From: Candidatus Latescibacterota bacterium
Lineage (GTDB): Bacteria; Latescibacterota; UBA2968; UBA8231
Reading direction: 5' to 3'
Length of the DNA: 64,000 nt
Assembly (NCBI GenBank): GCA_964291625.2
Contig: OZ220090.1
Coordinates: 928,001-992,000 of the forward strand
Positions 8,963 to 17,913 of this stretch are shown piece after piece. How positions within the stretch are numbered: position 1 is the first letter of the stretch; each line of letters opens with the position of its first letter. The notes beneath the pieces were generated by a model, which was not told the DNA's origin, searched no databases, and saw only the letters and a list, made by a program, of their open reading frames with translations. Position numbers and translations under genes: made by a program.

Positions 8963-10576
8963 TTGACAGGCTCATCCGGCCGCCGGGCGGACCTCGTGCT
9001 GCGGGGCGGCACCGTCGTGGACGGCACCGGGGCGCCGCCGGCCATCGCCGACGTGGCCGTGACGGGCGGACGCATCCTCGATGTCGGGCCGGCCATCGGG
9101 CTGACCGCCGCCGAGACCCTGGACGTCTCCGGCCTCCTCGTGACGCCCGGGTTCATCGACATCCACAGCCACTCCGACTTCACCCTCACCGTCGATCCGA
9201 GGGCCGTCAGCTCCATCGCCCAGGGGGTGACCCTGGAGGTGGTGGGCAACTGCGGCCACGGCTGCGCCCCCGTGGTCGACCCGAAGGCCGTCAAGGGCAA
9301 CGTCTACGGGTACTCGGAGGAGCATCCCATCCGCTGGGGCACGGTGGCCGAGTACCTCGACGTCCTCGAGGCCGGAGGGCCGGCGGTCAACGTGCTGACC
9401 CTGGTGCCCAACGGCAACCTGCGCCTGGCCGCCGCCGCCGACCTCGACCGTCCGAGCACCGCCGCCGAGCTGGCCCGCATGGAGAGCCTGTTGGAGCAGG
9501 GGCTGGAGGAGGGCGCCTTCGGGTTCTCCACCGGCCTGGAGTACGGCCCCGAGCAGGCCTGCTCCGAGGAGGAGGTGACCCGCCTGTGCCGGGTCGCGGC
9601 CCGGGCCTGGGGCTTCTACGCCACCCACACCCGCAACCGCGCCGGTCAGGCGCGGGAGACCGTGGCCGAGGCGGTCCGCACGGCCGAGGCCGCCGGCGTG
9701 CCGCTGCAGATCTCCCACATCTCGGTCGTGGCGCGGCTGGCCGAGGACGGGGGCCGGGCGGTGGCTGAGGCGGTCGAGCAGGTCGAGGCGGCGCGGCGCC
9801 GGGGGGTGGACGCCGGCTTCGACATGCACACCCGCCTCTTCGGCACGACCAACCTGAGCGCGGTGCTCCCCCCGGAGGCCCTGGCCGGCTCACGGGGCGA
9901 GATCGCCGGGCGGCTGTCCGGGGTCTCCGCCCGCCGGGAGCTGAAGCGCTACCCGAGCATCGTCCACGCCCTCGCCCGCGGCGACTGGAGCCGCATCCTG
10001 CTGGCCGAGTGCCGGGATCCGGCGCTGGCCCACCGGAGCGTGGCCGAGGTCGCCGAGGCCCGCGGCCAGGAGCCCCTCGACGCCGTCTACGACCTGCTCC
10101 TGGAGGAGATCGACGACCTCCACCGGCCGATGATCCTCGCCTTCTGCTACCGCGAGGAGGAGATCCGCCCCGCCTTCCAGCACCCGGACTGCATGGTCGG
10201 CTCCGACGCCACCGCCCTGGCCCCGGACGGGCCGCTGGCGGGGTCCGTCTTCCACGGCGCCTACACCTGGGCCGCCTGGTTCTACCGCCACTTCGTCACC
10301 GACCTCGGGCTGCTGCGGCCCGAGGAGGCGGTCCGGCGCCTCACCTCCCTGCCGGCGGAGCGCCTGGGGCTGTCCGACCGTGGCCGCATCCGCCCCGGGG
10401 CCTGGGCCGACCTGGCGGTGCTGGAGCCGGAGGGCTTCGCCGAGCGGGGCACCACCCGCGACCCGAACCGCACCGCCGCCGGCGTGCGCCACGTCTTGGT
10501 CAACGGCCGCTTGGCCCTGCGCGACGGCGCCCTCACCGCCGAGCGCGCGGGTCGGGTCCTGCGCCGGGTGGCTTGA
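8963..10576 (+). CDS. N-acyl-D-amino-acid deacylase (D-aminoacylase, amidohydrolase family)
   Basis: PGFIDIHSHSD, GNCG, GFSTGLEY, ADLAVL. The start is probably TTG 8963 (GAGGT upstream) rather than 8774. Confidence 0.88.
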   Translation: MTGSSGRRADLVLRGGTVVDGTGAPPAIADVAVTGGRILDVGPAIGLTAAETLDVSGLLVTPGFIDIHSHSDFTLTVDPRAVSSIAQGVTLEVVGNCGHGCAPVVDPKAVKGNVYGYSEEHPIRWGTVAEYLDVLEAGGPAVNVLTLVPNGNLRLAAAADLDRPSTAAELARMESLLEQGLEEGAFGFSTGLEYGPEQACSEEEVTRLCRVAARAWGFYATHTRNRAGQARETVAEAVRTAEAAGVPLQISHISVVARLAEDGGRAVAEAVEQVEAARRRGVDAGFDMHTRLFGTTNLSAVLPPEALAGSRGEIAGRLSGVSARRELKRYPSIVHALARGDWSRILLAECRDPALAHRSVAEVAEARGQEPLDAVYDLLLEEIDDLHRPMILAFCYREEEIRPAFQHPDCMVGSDATALAPDGPLAGSVFHGAYTWAAWFYRHFVTDLGLLRPEEAVRRLTSLPAERLGLSDRGRIRPGAWADLAVLEPEGFAERGTTRDPNRTAAGVRHVLVNGRLALRDGALTAERAGRVLRRVA

Positions 10577-11081
10577 GGCCGGGGAGCACCGATCCAAGAG
10601 GGAGGAAGAGCCTGCTTCGCTGTCCCACCAATGGCTTGAAGCCGAAGCTCCGGTAGAACCGCGAGGCCCGCTCGTCCTTGGCATCGACGACCAGAGCATA
10701 GATGGCGATCTCTTCACTGACCGCCAGCGACCGCTTGACGGCATCGGCGAGGAGCAGCCTGCCGATGCCTTGTCCCTGGACGCCTTCAGACACAGCCAGC
10801 CGGCCGATCAGGGCGGCGGGAACCGGATGCCGGGGCAACCTGCGCGCCTTGTCCTCGGGCAGGCCGCTGAGCGCGATCGACAGCGAACTCAGGGTGTAGT
10901 AGCCGAGGACCGCCTCGGAGCCCTGCTCACAGCACACGAAGACGCGAGCGACACGGCGCCGCTGGTCTTGTCCGGCCTGCGTTCGGAGGTAGGAATCGAG
11001 GGCCTCGACCCCGCAGGAGAACGCCGCCCGGTCATGGACTCTGGCGAGCGGCGAGATGGCAAGTGGGGTGGAGGGCGTCAC
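10533..11081 (-). CDS. GNAT acetyltransferase toxin (AtaT/TacT-like), type II TA
   Basis: HDRAAFSCGVEALDSYL, LIGRLAVSEGVQGQGIG, LVVDAKDERASRFYRSFGF; translationally coupled to the upstream antitoxin. Confidence 0.9.
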   Translation of the reverse strand: MTPSTPLAISPLARVHDRAAFSCGVEALDSYLRTQAGQDQRRRVARVFVCCEQGSEAVLGYYTLSSLSIALSGLPEDKARRLPRHPVPAALIGRLAVSEGVQGQGIGRLLLADAVKRSLAVSEEIAIYALVVDAKDERASRFYRSFGFKPLVGQRSRLFLPLGSVLPGLKPPGAGPDPRARR

Positions 11082-11365
11082 TCCGGGGAAACGCGGAGGG
11101 CATGCTCCTTCAGGGCCGCGGCAAGCCTGGAGTTCATCGCGGACGGCTGAAGGAGAGCATCGAAGAACACCTCCGCATCCCGACGTTTCAACACCATGGT
11201 CTCGTGTTTCCGGATCGTCTGCTCCGCCTGGGCCAGCGCACTTGACAGAATGAAGCTGCTCGTGGTCTTGCCCTCGAAGCTGGCTGCCTGCTCGATCCGC
11301 TCCTTGGCCGCCGGGTCCAGGCGAATGTTGAAACGCTCGCTCTTGGCTGTGGACGTCTGCGACAT
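11078..11365 (-). CDS. DUF1778 family RHH antitoxin (TacA/AtaR-like)
   Basis: 95 aa; ERFNIRL...KERIEQAA...SSFILSSAL...FFDALLQP...L..A; 4-bp overlap with the GNAT gene. Confidence 0.9.
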   Translation of the reverse strand: MSQTSTAKSERFNIRLDPAAKERIEQAASFEGKTTSSFILSSALAQAEQTIRKHETMVLKRRDAEVFFDALLQPSAMNSRLAAALKEHALRVSPE

Positions 11366-11407
11366 GTGAATCCTCCCGTCGGTGACCCCGAGTTGGTCCG
11401 TGGTGGC

Positions 11408-11436
11408 AGTGTACGTCGATATGGTGCCTTGGTCAA
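11408..11436 (-). promoter_or_regulatory. Sigma-70-type promoter of the TA operon
   Basis: TTGACC-N17-TACACT on the minus strand, about 40 bp upstream of ATG 11365. Confidence 0.6.
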
Positions 11437-11642
11437 CAGCCCGCCATTCAGCCGGCCGTTCTCGGAGGCCGTGGGTCAGCCGTCGTCGCCCCCCAACGAC
11501 CTGCGCAGCGGCAGCAGGTCCGGCGCAGGAACGCTGGACGGAGCCTCACCGTGCCTGTAGAGTGTCCCGTGAAGGCGGCAGAGTTGATCGGATCTCCCTA
11601 CCCGCGCGGTGGCCGGAGCCCGGCGGCGAGGCGGAGGACGAG

Positions 11643-11810
11643 GTGACCACTGGACGGATCATTCGGGATCGCATCTCGCGCACCGACCTGGCGAGCCTGG
11701 CCGAGGAGCAGTTCGGGGACTGGATCGAGTTCGACTCGATGACCAACCTGCGGCCGAGCCAGGGCAACCGAGGCCGAATCCGGGAGGTCGTCGAATCCCT
11801 GGTTCCATGA
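11643..11810 (+). pseudogene. DUF5674-like protein with internal in-frame deletion(s)
   Basis: 55 aa joining the N-terminus (RIIRDRISRTDLASLAEEQFGD) directly to the C-terminal motif WIEFDSMTNLRPSQGNR; the family's central segment is missing (family recalled from memory). Confidence 0.6.
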
Positions 11811-12196
11811 CCAGAGTCCTGCACAGGAACGCCGCGGAGGGCTGGGCGCGGCTGGAGCTGGTGGAGCAGCTCGGGAACGTGGGCAGCGAGGTGGAGCGCG
11901 CGATCCGGGCCCACGAGGCCGGCCGCACTGCCCGGTTCGAGAGCGCCCTCGAGCGGGCCCTGGAGCTGTTCGATCTGACCGCCACCGACCCCCGCTGGCG
12001 AGGTCACCGGTGCCAGGAAATCCTGCGCGCACGCGAGCAGTTCTGCCGCCTCTTCTTCGATCCCCACGTGCCGCCCGACTCGGCCCCAGGGCTCAGACGC
12101 TACTTCTTCGGATTCGCTTGGGCGGCCCGGGCGCTTCATCATCGCCGGCAGTCCGGGGATTCCCGGGTCGAAGGCCAAGCCGGCCCCGGGGCATAG
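11807..12196 (+). CDS. Conserved all-helical hypothetical protein, partner of DUF5674
   Basis: ATGA overlap; EQLGNVGSEVERA...ERALELFDLT...EILRARE...RYFFGF. Confidence 0.7.
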   Translation: MTRVLHRNAAEGWARLELVEQLGNVGSEVERAIRAHEAGRTARFESALERALELFDLTATDPRWRGHRCQEILRAREQFCRLFFDPHVPPDSAPGLRRYFFGFAWAARALHHRRQSGDSRVEGQAGPGA

Positions 12197-12198
12197 AG

Positions 12199-13713
12199 GT
12201 GTCCGGCAGCCCGACAGGGGGGGAAGGCGGTCCAGGCGGCGCCGGCCTGCTCCGGCCCGCCGCCGTGACCCTGCTCGCGGCCGGCTTCTACCGCCTCCTG
12301 CAGCAGCTCCTCACCGTTCCGGGTCTGGACCCGTCGGTCCTGGCCGAGTACGGACTGGACCGCCCCTCAGGGCTGCCCGGGGGCGGTCCGGTGCACCTCG
12401 TGGCGCCGTGGATGCCCCACGCCGTCTCGGGGACCGCGGCCATCGGCACCTATGTCAGCGCCTCCGTCCTCGTCGTCCTCCTGAGCGGCCTGATCCCCTC
12501 CCTGCGGCGCCTGCGGGAGGCGGGCGTCTCGAACCAGGCCGGCTTCCAGTGGGTCATCGCCGCGGCCACCGCCCTCCTGGCCGCGGGCCACGCGCTGGTG
12601 ACGGCCCTCTACCTCGAGGGAATCCAAGGCCCGCTGTCCGGGCTGCCCGCGGTCCCGGCCCCGGGGTGGGCCTTCCGCGCGGGGACGATGCTGACCGCGA
12701 CCGCCGCCGCCCTGCTGGTCCTGTGGCTGGCCCGGCAGGTCACCGCCCGGGGTCTCGGCAACGGCGTGGTCATGCTGCTGGCGGCCGACATCCTCGGACG
12801 GTGGTACGCGGCTGCGCCGGCCCAGTGGCTGGACTGGACCGGGGCCATCGATCCCGTCCATCAGGGAGTTCGGGCGGCCCTGTTCCTCCTGGCCCTGCTG
12901 GTGCTGGCCATAGTCCTGCTGAAGGCGCGGCGCCTCGTGCCCCTGGAGCGGACCTCCGGCCCCGCCGGAGCGGAGGCGGAAGCGGCTCCGTCCCTGCCTC
13001 TGCGGATCAATCCCTGCGGCGCACTGCCCGCGGTGGCGGCCCCTGTGTGGCTCTTCACCGGCTTCGACCTGGCCGCGGGTCCGTCCCTGGTTGCCGCCGC
13101 CATCGCCACCTGCCTGCTCGTGGTGCTGGCCGCCCACCTCTACGCTGTCGAGGTCTTCCATCCCCGCGACGCCGTCGAGCGCCTCGGGTGGCTCGGGTTC
13201 CGCCTCACCGAGGCCGCTTCCCCCGAAGACGCCGTCCGTCGTCTGCGCGGCGCCCAGCAGCGTGTCATGGTGCCCGGCACGCTCGGACTCTGCGCGCTGG
13301 CCCTGGCCCCCTGGATCGCCGGCAGCGGACTGGACCTGCCCCCGGACTGGAGCTTCATGTGCGGTCTCGACGCCCTCGTCCTGGCAGCCGCGGGCCTCCA
13401 CCTGCGGCAGCAGATCCGCAGCCGGAGGTCCCTCGCCGGCCGCGAGGTTGCCCCGGTGCTGGTTGCCGAGACCCGGTTCGAGCTCGACCTCGCCGCCGAC
13501 GTCCTGCGCCGGGCCGGCATCGACAGCCGGATCCGCGACGACCGGGTGATCGCCGCCACCGGCACCCACGCCCTCTGGGAGGTCAGCCGGCCGCGGTGGC
13601 CGAGCCTGGCCGTGTACCCGCACCTCGGCGGCGGCCAGGCCCTGCTGCTGGTGGACGCCGCCGAGGCCGAGGCGGCCGAGGGAGTGCTGCGGGAGGCCGG
13701 GCAGGAGGTTTAG
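12199..13713 (+). CDS. Divergent SecY paralogue with C-terminal DUF2007-like domain
   Basis: SecY-like segments in canonical order: FYRLL..VPGLD, YVSASVL, IPSLRRLREAG, WLARQVTARGLGNG, RRLVPL, LPLRINPCGALP, FHPRDAVERL. Extra soluble tail FELDLAADVLRRAGIDSRIRDD...LLVDAAEAEAAEGVL. Confidence 0.8.
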   Translation: MSGSPTGGEGGPGGAGLLRPAAVTLLAAGFYRLLQQLLTVPGLDPSVLAEYGLDRPSGLPGGGPVHLVAPWMPHAVSGTAAIGTYVSASVLVVLLSGLIPSLRRLREAGVSNQAGFQWVIAAATALLAAGHALVTALYLEGIQGPLSGLPAVPAPGWAFRAGTMLTATAAALLVLWLARQVTARGLGNGVVMLLAADILGRWYAAAPAQWLDWTGAIDPVHQGVRAALFLLALLVLAIVLLKARRLVPLERTSGPAGAEAEAAPSLPLRINPCGALPAVAAPVWLFTGFDLAAGPSLVAAAIATCLLVVLAAHLYAVEVFHPRDAVERLGWLGFRLTEAASPEDAVRRLRGAQQRVMVPGTLGLCALALAPWIAGSGLDLPPDWSFMCGLDALVLAAAGLHLRQQIRSRRSLAGREVAPVLVAETRFELDLAADVLRRAGIDSRIRDDRVIAATGTHALWEVSRPRWPSLAVYPHLGGGQALLLVDAAEAEAAEGVLREAGQEV

Positions 13714-13734
13714 ACGCCGGCCGAGGCTGGGGCG

Positions 13735-13845
13735 CGGCGCGAGGACCGCGTTCGATTCGTCGGCGATCGCGCGGCGCGGGACTGACAGCCGTTCGCTGGG
13801 GGCGAGCCACCACAGCAAGGCATGGGTGTCCAGCAGGACACGCAC
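13735..13845 (-). pseudogene. Truncated PIN-domain (VapC) toxin
   Basis: MRVLLDTHALLWWL...AIADESNAVL; similarity is lost after about 35 codons, next to the 3' end of the secY-like gene. Confidence 0.75.
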
Positions 13846-13846
13846 G

Positions 13847-14082
<236 letters not shown>

Positions 14083-14195
14083 TCAGATTGCCAGGATCGA
14101 CAGGGTCAAGGCCAGCGTCCCACATCGCCCGGACATCCATCGCCAGGCACGGGGATTGGCCCGCTCCGTCCGATGGCCTATGATGAGCCACCCCC

Positions 14196-14564
14196 ATGCA
14201 AGCCCGATCTCCCCTCTTCATCCACTACGTCGCCGACATGGACAGGGCGATCCGGTTCTACACCGGCGTCTTCAAGGCCCCCGTCGCCTTCCGGTCCTCC
14301 GGCTGGACGACCCTGGAGTTCGACGGCTTCCAGCTCGCCCTGCACGTCTGGTCCGCGGACCGGCTGCAGGAGGTGCTCCTGCCGAACGCCGGACTCTGCC
14401 TGCTGGTCGACTCGATCGAGGAGTTCCAGCGGTCGATCGAGTCCCACGGCGGCTCGATGGAGAGCCTCCGGGAGCCCAAGGAGGGCGTGCCGGTGCGGGT
14501 CGCTTCCTTCCTCGATCCGGAAGGCAACGGCTTCGACCTCCGGCAGGAGGTCCGCTCCGGCTGA
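14196..14564 (+). CDS. VOC / glyoxalase family protein
   Basis: YVADMDRAIRFYTGVF ... FLDPEGN. Confidence 0.85.
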   Translation: MQARSPLFIHYVADMDRAIRFYTGVFKAPVAFRSSGWTTLEFDGFQLALHVWSADRLQEVLLPNAGLCLLVDSIEEFQRSIESHGGSMESLREPKEGVPVRVASFLDPEGNGFDLRQEVRSG

Positions 14565-15592
14565 TGTCCCGGGTGCGACTGGCCCTCGTCGGGTGCGGCG
14601 GCATGTCGAGGTCGCACCTGCGCCGCTTCCACGTCCTCTCCGACCGCCTGGAGCTGGTCGCCGCGGTCGACGTCGACGCCGGCAAGGCCGCCGCCGTGGC
14701 CGAGATGATGCCCGGTGTGCACTCGGCCGCCGACTACCGCGAGGTCCTCGACGAGGTCGACGCCGTCCTCCTCGTCCTCCCCCACCACGAGCACCACCCC
14801 GTGGGGCTCGCCTGCCTGCGGGCCGGCAAGCACGTCCTGTTGGAGAAGCCGATGGCCATCGGCGAGGCCGCCTGCCTGGAGCTGATCGACGCCAGCCGCG
14901 CCGCCGGGCGGGTGCTGATGATCGCCTACTGCATGCGCTTCCACCCCCTCGTGTCGGGCATGAAGCGGCTCATCGACGACGGCGCCTGCGGCGACGTCTT
15001 CCAGGTCTCCATCTGGACCGAGCAGCTCACCCGCTACCACGAGGGGCACTGGGCCCTGAAGGAGGCCACCCTCGGCGGCGGCCAGTTCTTCAGCCACGGC
15101 TGCCACTACGTCGACATCCTGCTGTGGTACCTGGGACGGCCGGTGCGCGGCGTGCACTTGGGCACCAACCGGGGCACCCCCTGGATGGAGCGCGAGGGGA
15201 CGAGCAACGCCGTCCTCGAGTTCGAGGGCGGCCGCCTGGGCTACCACTTCGGCACCTGGGGCGCCCGCGGCACGCGCCTGGGCTACGCCTTCCACGCCCA
15301 CGGCACCGAGGGCATGATCGAGGCCGACATCCGGGGCGGCGAGCTGCGCCTGCTGAAGGGCGGGGAGACGGAGGTCGTGGCCCGCCACGAGACCGGCAAG
15401 CACACGGAGAACGAGATGGCTCACTTCCTCGACTGCATCGAGAGCGGCACCGAGCCCCTCACGGGCGGGCCGGCGAGCCTGCAGAGCCTGCGGGCGATCT
15501 GGCGCATGTACGAGGCCGAGGTCGCCGGCGGCATGGCCGACCTGAGGGGCCTGGGCCTGGACCAGGTCGACGACCGCGGGAGGCTGACGTGA
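14564..15592 (+). CDS. Gfo/Idh/MocA family oxidoreductase
   Basis: LALVGCGGM, GKHVLLEKPM, GCHYVD; TGATG overlap with the VOC gene. Confidence 0.9.
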   Translation: MSRVRLALVGCGGMSRSHLRRFHVLSDRLELVAAVDVDAGKAAAVAEMMPGVHSAADYREVLDEVDAVLLVLPHHEHHPVGLACLRAGKHVLLEKPMAIGEAACLELIDASRAAGRVLMIAYCMRFHPLVSGMKRLIDDGACGDVFQVSIWTEQLTRYHEGHWALKEATLGGGQFFSHGCHYVDILLWYLGRPVRGVHLGTNRGTPWMEREGTSNAVLEFEGGRLGYHFGTWGARGTRLGYAFHAHGTEGMIEADIRGGELRLLKGGETEVVARHETGKHTENEMAHFLDCIESGTEPLTGGPASLQSLRAIWRMYEAEVAGGMADLRGLGLDQVDDRGRLT

Positions 15593-16863
15593 GAGTCGGA
15601 GCCGCCCGCGTCGACATCACCCCCCGGGAGCCGGTGTGGCTCACCGGGTACGCGAACCGCGACCACCGCTCGGAGGGCTCGTACGCCCCCCTCTTCGCCG
15701 GCGCCCTCTACCTGGAGGGGGATGGGGACCGCGCCCTGGTGATCACCGCCGACGTCATCGGCTTCTCGCCGCCCTGCGACGCCGAGGCCCGGCAGGCGGT
15801 CTGCGACGCCACGGGCCTGCTGCCGCGGCAGGTGGTGCTCACCGCCACCCACACCCACTGCGCGCCCTTCCTCTCGCCCTGGAACATGCCCGGCGAGGTC
15901 GAGGCCGGGTACGCCGACTGGCTGATCGGGCGTCTCCAGGGGGCCGCGGTCACCGCCGCCGGCGCCGCCGTCGAGGGGCGGGTCGAGTTCTCCCGGGGGC
16001 GCTCGACCTTCGGCGTCAACCGCCGCCTTCCCGACGGCCACGGCGGCGTCAGCTTCGCGCCGAACCCCGACGGACCGATCGACCGCGACCTGGACACCCT
16101 GTGGTTCCGCGGCGCGGGGGGAGACCTGCTCGCCTCGCTCACCGTGTACGGGTGCCACCCCACCAGCATCGGCGGCTACCTCGTGGGCCCGGACTATCCC
16201 GGCTTCCTCTGCCGGCACCTGGGGGCGCGCACCGGGGCCCCCGCCCTCTTCGCCACCGGCTGCGCCGGCGACGTGCGGCCCTGGTTCGGCGCCGGCGACC
16301 ACGACGGCTTCGCGCGGCCCACGCTGGAGGAGCTGGAGGAGGCCGGGGCGGGCATGGCGGCCGAGGTCCTGGAGACGCTCCCCGCGGCCGAGGCCGTGGC
16401 CGCCGACGGGCTGTGCGTAGACCACCTCCACCACCGGCTGCCCTACGCCGGGCTGCCGTCGATGGAACAACTGGAGGAAGCGGCGGGCAGCGGCGACGAC
16501 CACTGGCGCCGCTGGGGCGAGATGATGCTGCCCCGGGCCCGCGCCGGCGGCCTGGCCGACGCCTGCGTCCACGAGATCCAGATGCTGCAGCTCAACCCCG
16601 ACTTCCGCGTCGTCTTCCTCGGCGGCGAGGTGCTCTCCGAGATCGGCCTGCACATCAAGAAGGCCCTCGCCCCCGCCACGACGGTGACCGTGGCCTACGC
16701 CAACGGCCTGATCGCCTACGTCCCCAGCGCCGCCGCCGTCCCCCTCGGGGGCTACGAGGTGGACGGATCCTTCCACTACTTCCAGAGGCCCGCCCCCTTC
16801 ACCGCCGACTGCGAGAGGCTCCTCGTCGAGGGGACCGCCTCCCTGGCCGCCCGCCTGAGCTGA
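15589..16863 (+). CDS. Neutral/alkaline ceramidase-like amidohydrolase
   Basis: GAARVDITP, ATHTHCAP, GVNRR, YGCHPT, DYPG, GCAGD, GGYE; GTGA overlap. Confidence 0.8.
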   Translation: MRVGAARVDITPREPVWLTGYANRDHRSEGSYAPLFAGALYLEGDGDRALVITADVIGFSPPCDAEARQAVCDATGLLPRQVVLTATHTHCAPFLSPWNMPGEVEAGYADWLIGRLQGAAVTAAGAAVEGRVEFSRGRSTFGVNRRLPDGHGGVSFAPNPDGPIDRDLDTLWFRGAGGDLLASLTVYGCHPTSIGGYLVGPDYPGFLCRHLGARTGAPALFATGCAGDVRPWFGAGDHDGFARPTLEELEEAGAGMAAEVLETLPAAEAVAADGLCVDHLHHRLPYAGLPSMEQLEEAAGSGDDHWRRWGEMMLPRARAGGLADACVHEIQMLQLNPDFRVVFLGGEVLSEIGLHIKKALAPATTVTVAYANGLIAYVPSAAAVPLGGYEVDGSFHYFQRPAPFTADCERLLVEGTASLAARLS

Positions 16864-16867
16864 GGAC

Positions 16868-17776
16868 ATGCGCTACGACCCGGAGAACCGCACCTTCGAC
16901 TGCGACCCCACCCTGAACGACTCCCAGGTCCTCGAGTTCTGCCGCGAGGGCTACCTGATGCTCCACGGCGCCGTCCCCGACGAGATCAACGAGCGCACCT
17001 GCCGGTACCTGAACGGCGAGATCCCCGTCAGTCCGTCGTGGTTGCCGGAGGGTGTGACCATCGCGGAGGTCGAGCGCATGCGCGAGACCCACGAGCCGAG
17101 CGGGATCCTGCTCGAGGACTGGTTCGTCGAGCACGTGCTGCTGAACCCGGCCCTGGCCGGGGCCATGCGCTCCCTCCTCGGCGCCCATACGGGGCTGCCC
17201 GTGCTGGTGAGCAACCACCGGGTCGAGTGTCCCGCCGAGGCCCAGGGCTGGCACCACGACGCCGACCGGGTCTTCGGCCCGGAGCTGGAGTTCGCCGAGG
17301 TCTTCTACTTCCCCCAGGACACGCCGCCGGAGCTGGGGCCCACCGAGATCGCCCCCCGCACCCACATCTCCCGCAGCGACGGCGACTTCACCGGCGAGAG
17401 CGTCCTCGCCGGAGGGCCCGCCGGCACCCTCGGCATCCACCACCAGAGCATCCTGCACCGCCGCGGCGCCTCCACCGCCTCGGGGGTGCGCCACATGCTC
17501 AAGTACAACTACTGGCGCACCTCGCCCCCCTGCCGCGACTGGATCGAGGACCCGGCCTTCGACCCGCGCACCGCCTGGTACGGCGGCCACGCCCACTGCC
17601 AGTACGTGGCCCACATGCTCTGGTGGCTGCAGGGCCGGGGGGACGAGTACCGCATCCTCGGGGGCCAGGGCTGGCCCTTCCGCACCCCGAACCAGATCGG
17701 CCCGTCCTACGGGTACGGACGGCCGGACGGGTACCAGCCCGACTGGCGCCGGAACCCGGACGGGTACTCGCGCTGA
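16868..17776 (+). CDS. Phytanoyl-CoA dioxygenase (PhyH) family Fe(II)/2OG enzyme
   Basis: QGWHHD (HxD), YFPQDT, GPT, ILHR. Confidence 0.8.
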   Translation: MRYDPENRTFDCDPTLNDSQVLEFCREGYLMLHGAVPDEINERTCRYLNGEIPVSPSWLPEGVTIAEVERMRETHEPSGILLEDWFVEHVLLNPALAGAMRSLLGAHTGLPVLVSNHRVECPAEAQGWHHDADRVFGPELEFAEVFYFPQDTPPELGPTEIAPRTHISRSDGDFTGESVLAGGPAGTLGIHHQSILHRRGASTASGVRHMLKYNYWRTSPPCRDWIEDPAFDPRTAWYGGHAHCQYVAHMLWWLQGRGDEYRILGGQGWPFRTPNQIGPSYGYGRPDGYQPDWRRNPDGYSR

Positions 17777-17913
17777 GGCTGGACAATCCCGCGCCTCTGC
17801 GCGACAACTCTTCCCCAGCCGGGTAACTCGACACGGAGACCCCGGGGCGTCCCGAACTGACGACTCCGGGGCTGTGTCTACGAGATCAGGCGCCGTGGCA
17901 CGAGCGGCGCTCC

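Noticed and set aside
17836-17872. Possible terminator hairpin between convergent genes
   Set aside because: Imperfect stem and no U-tract on either strand; too weak to call.
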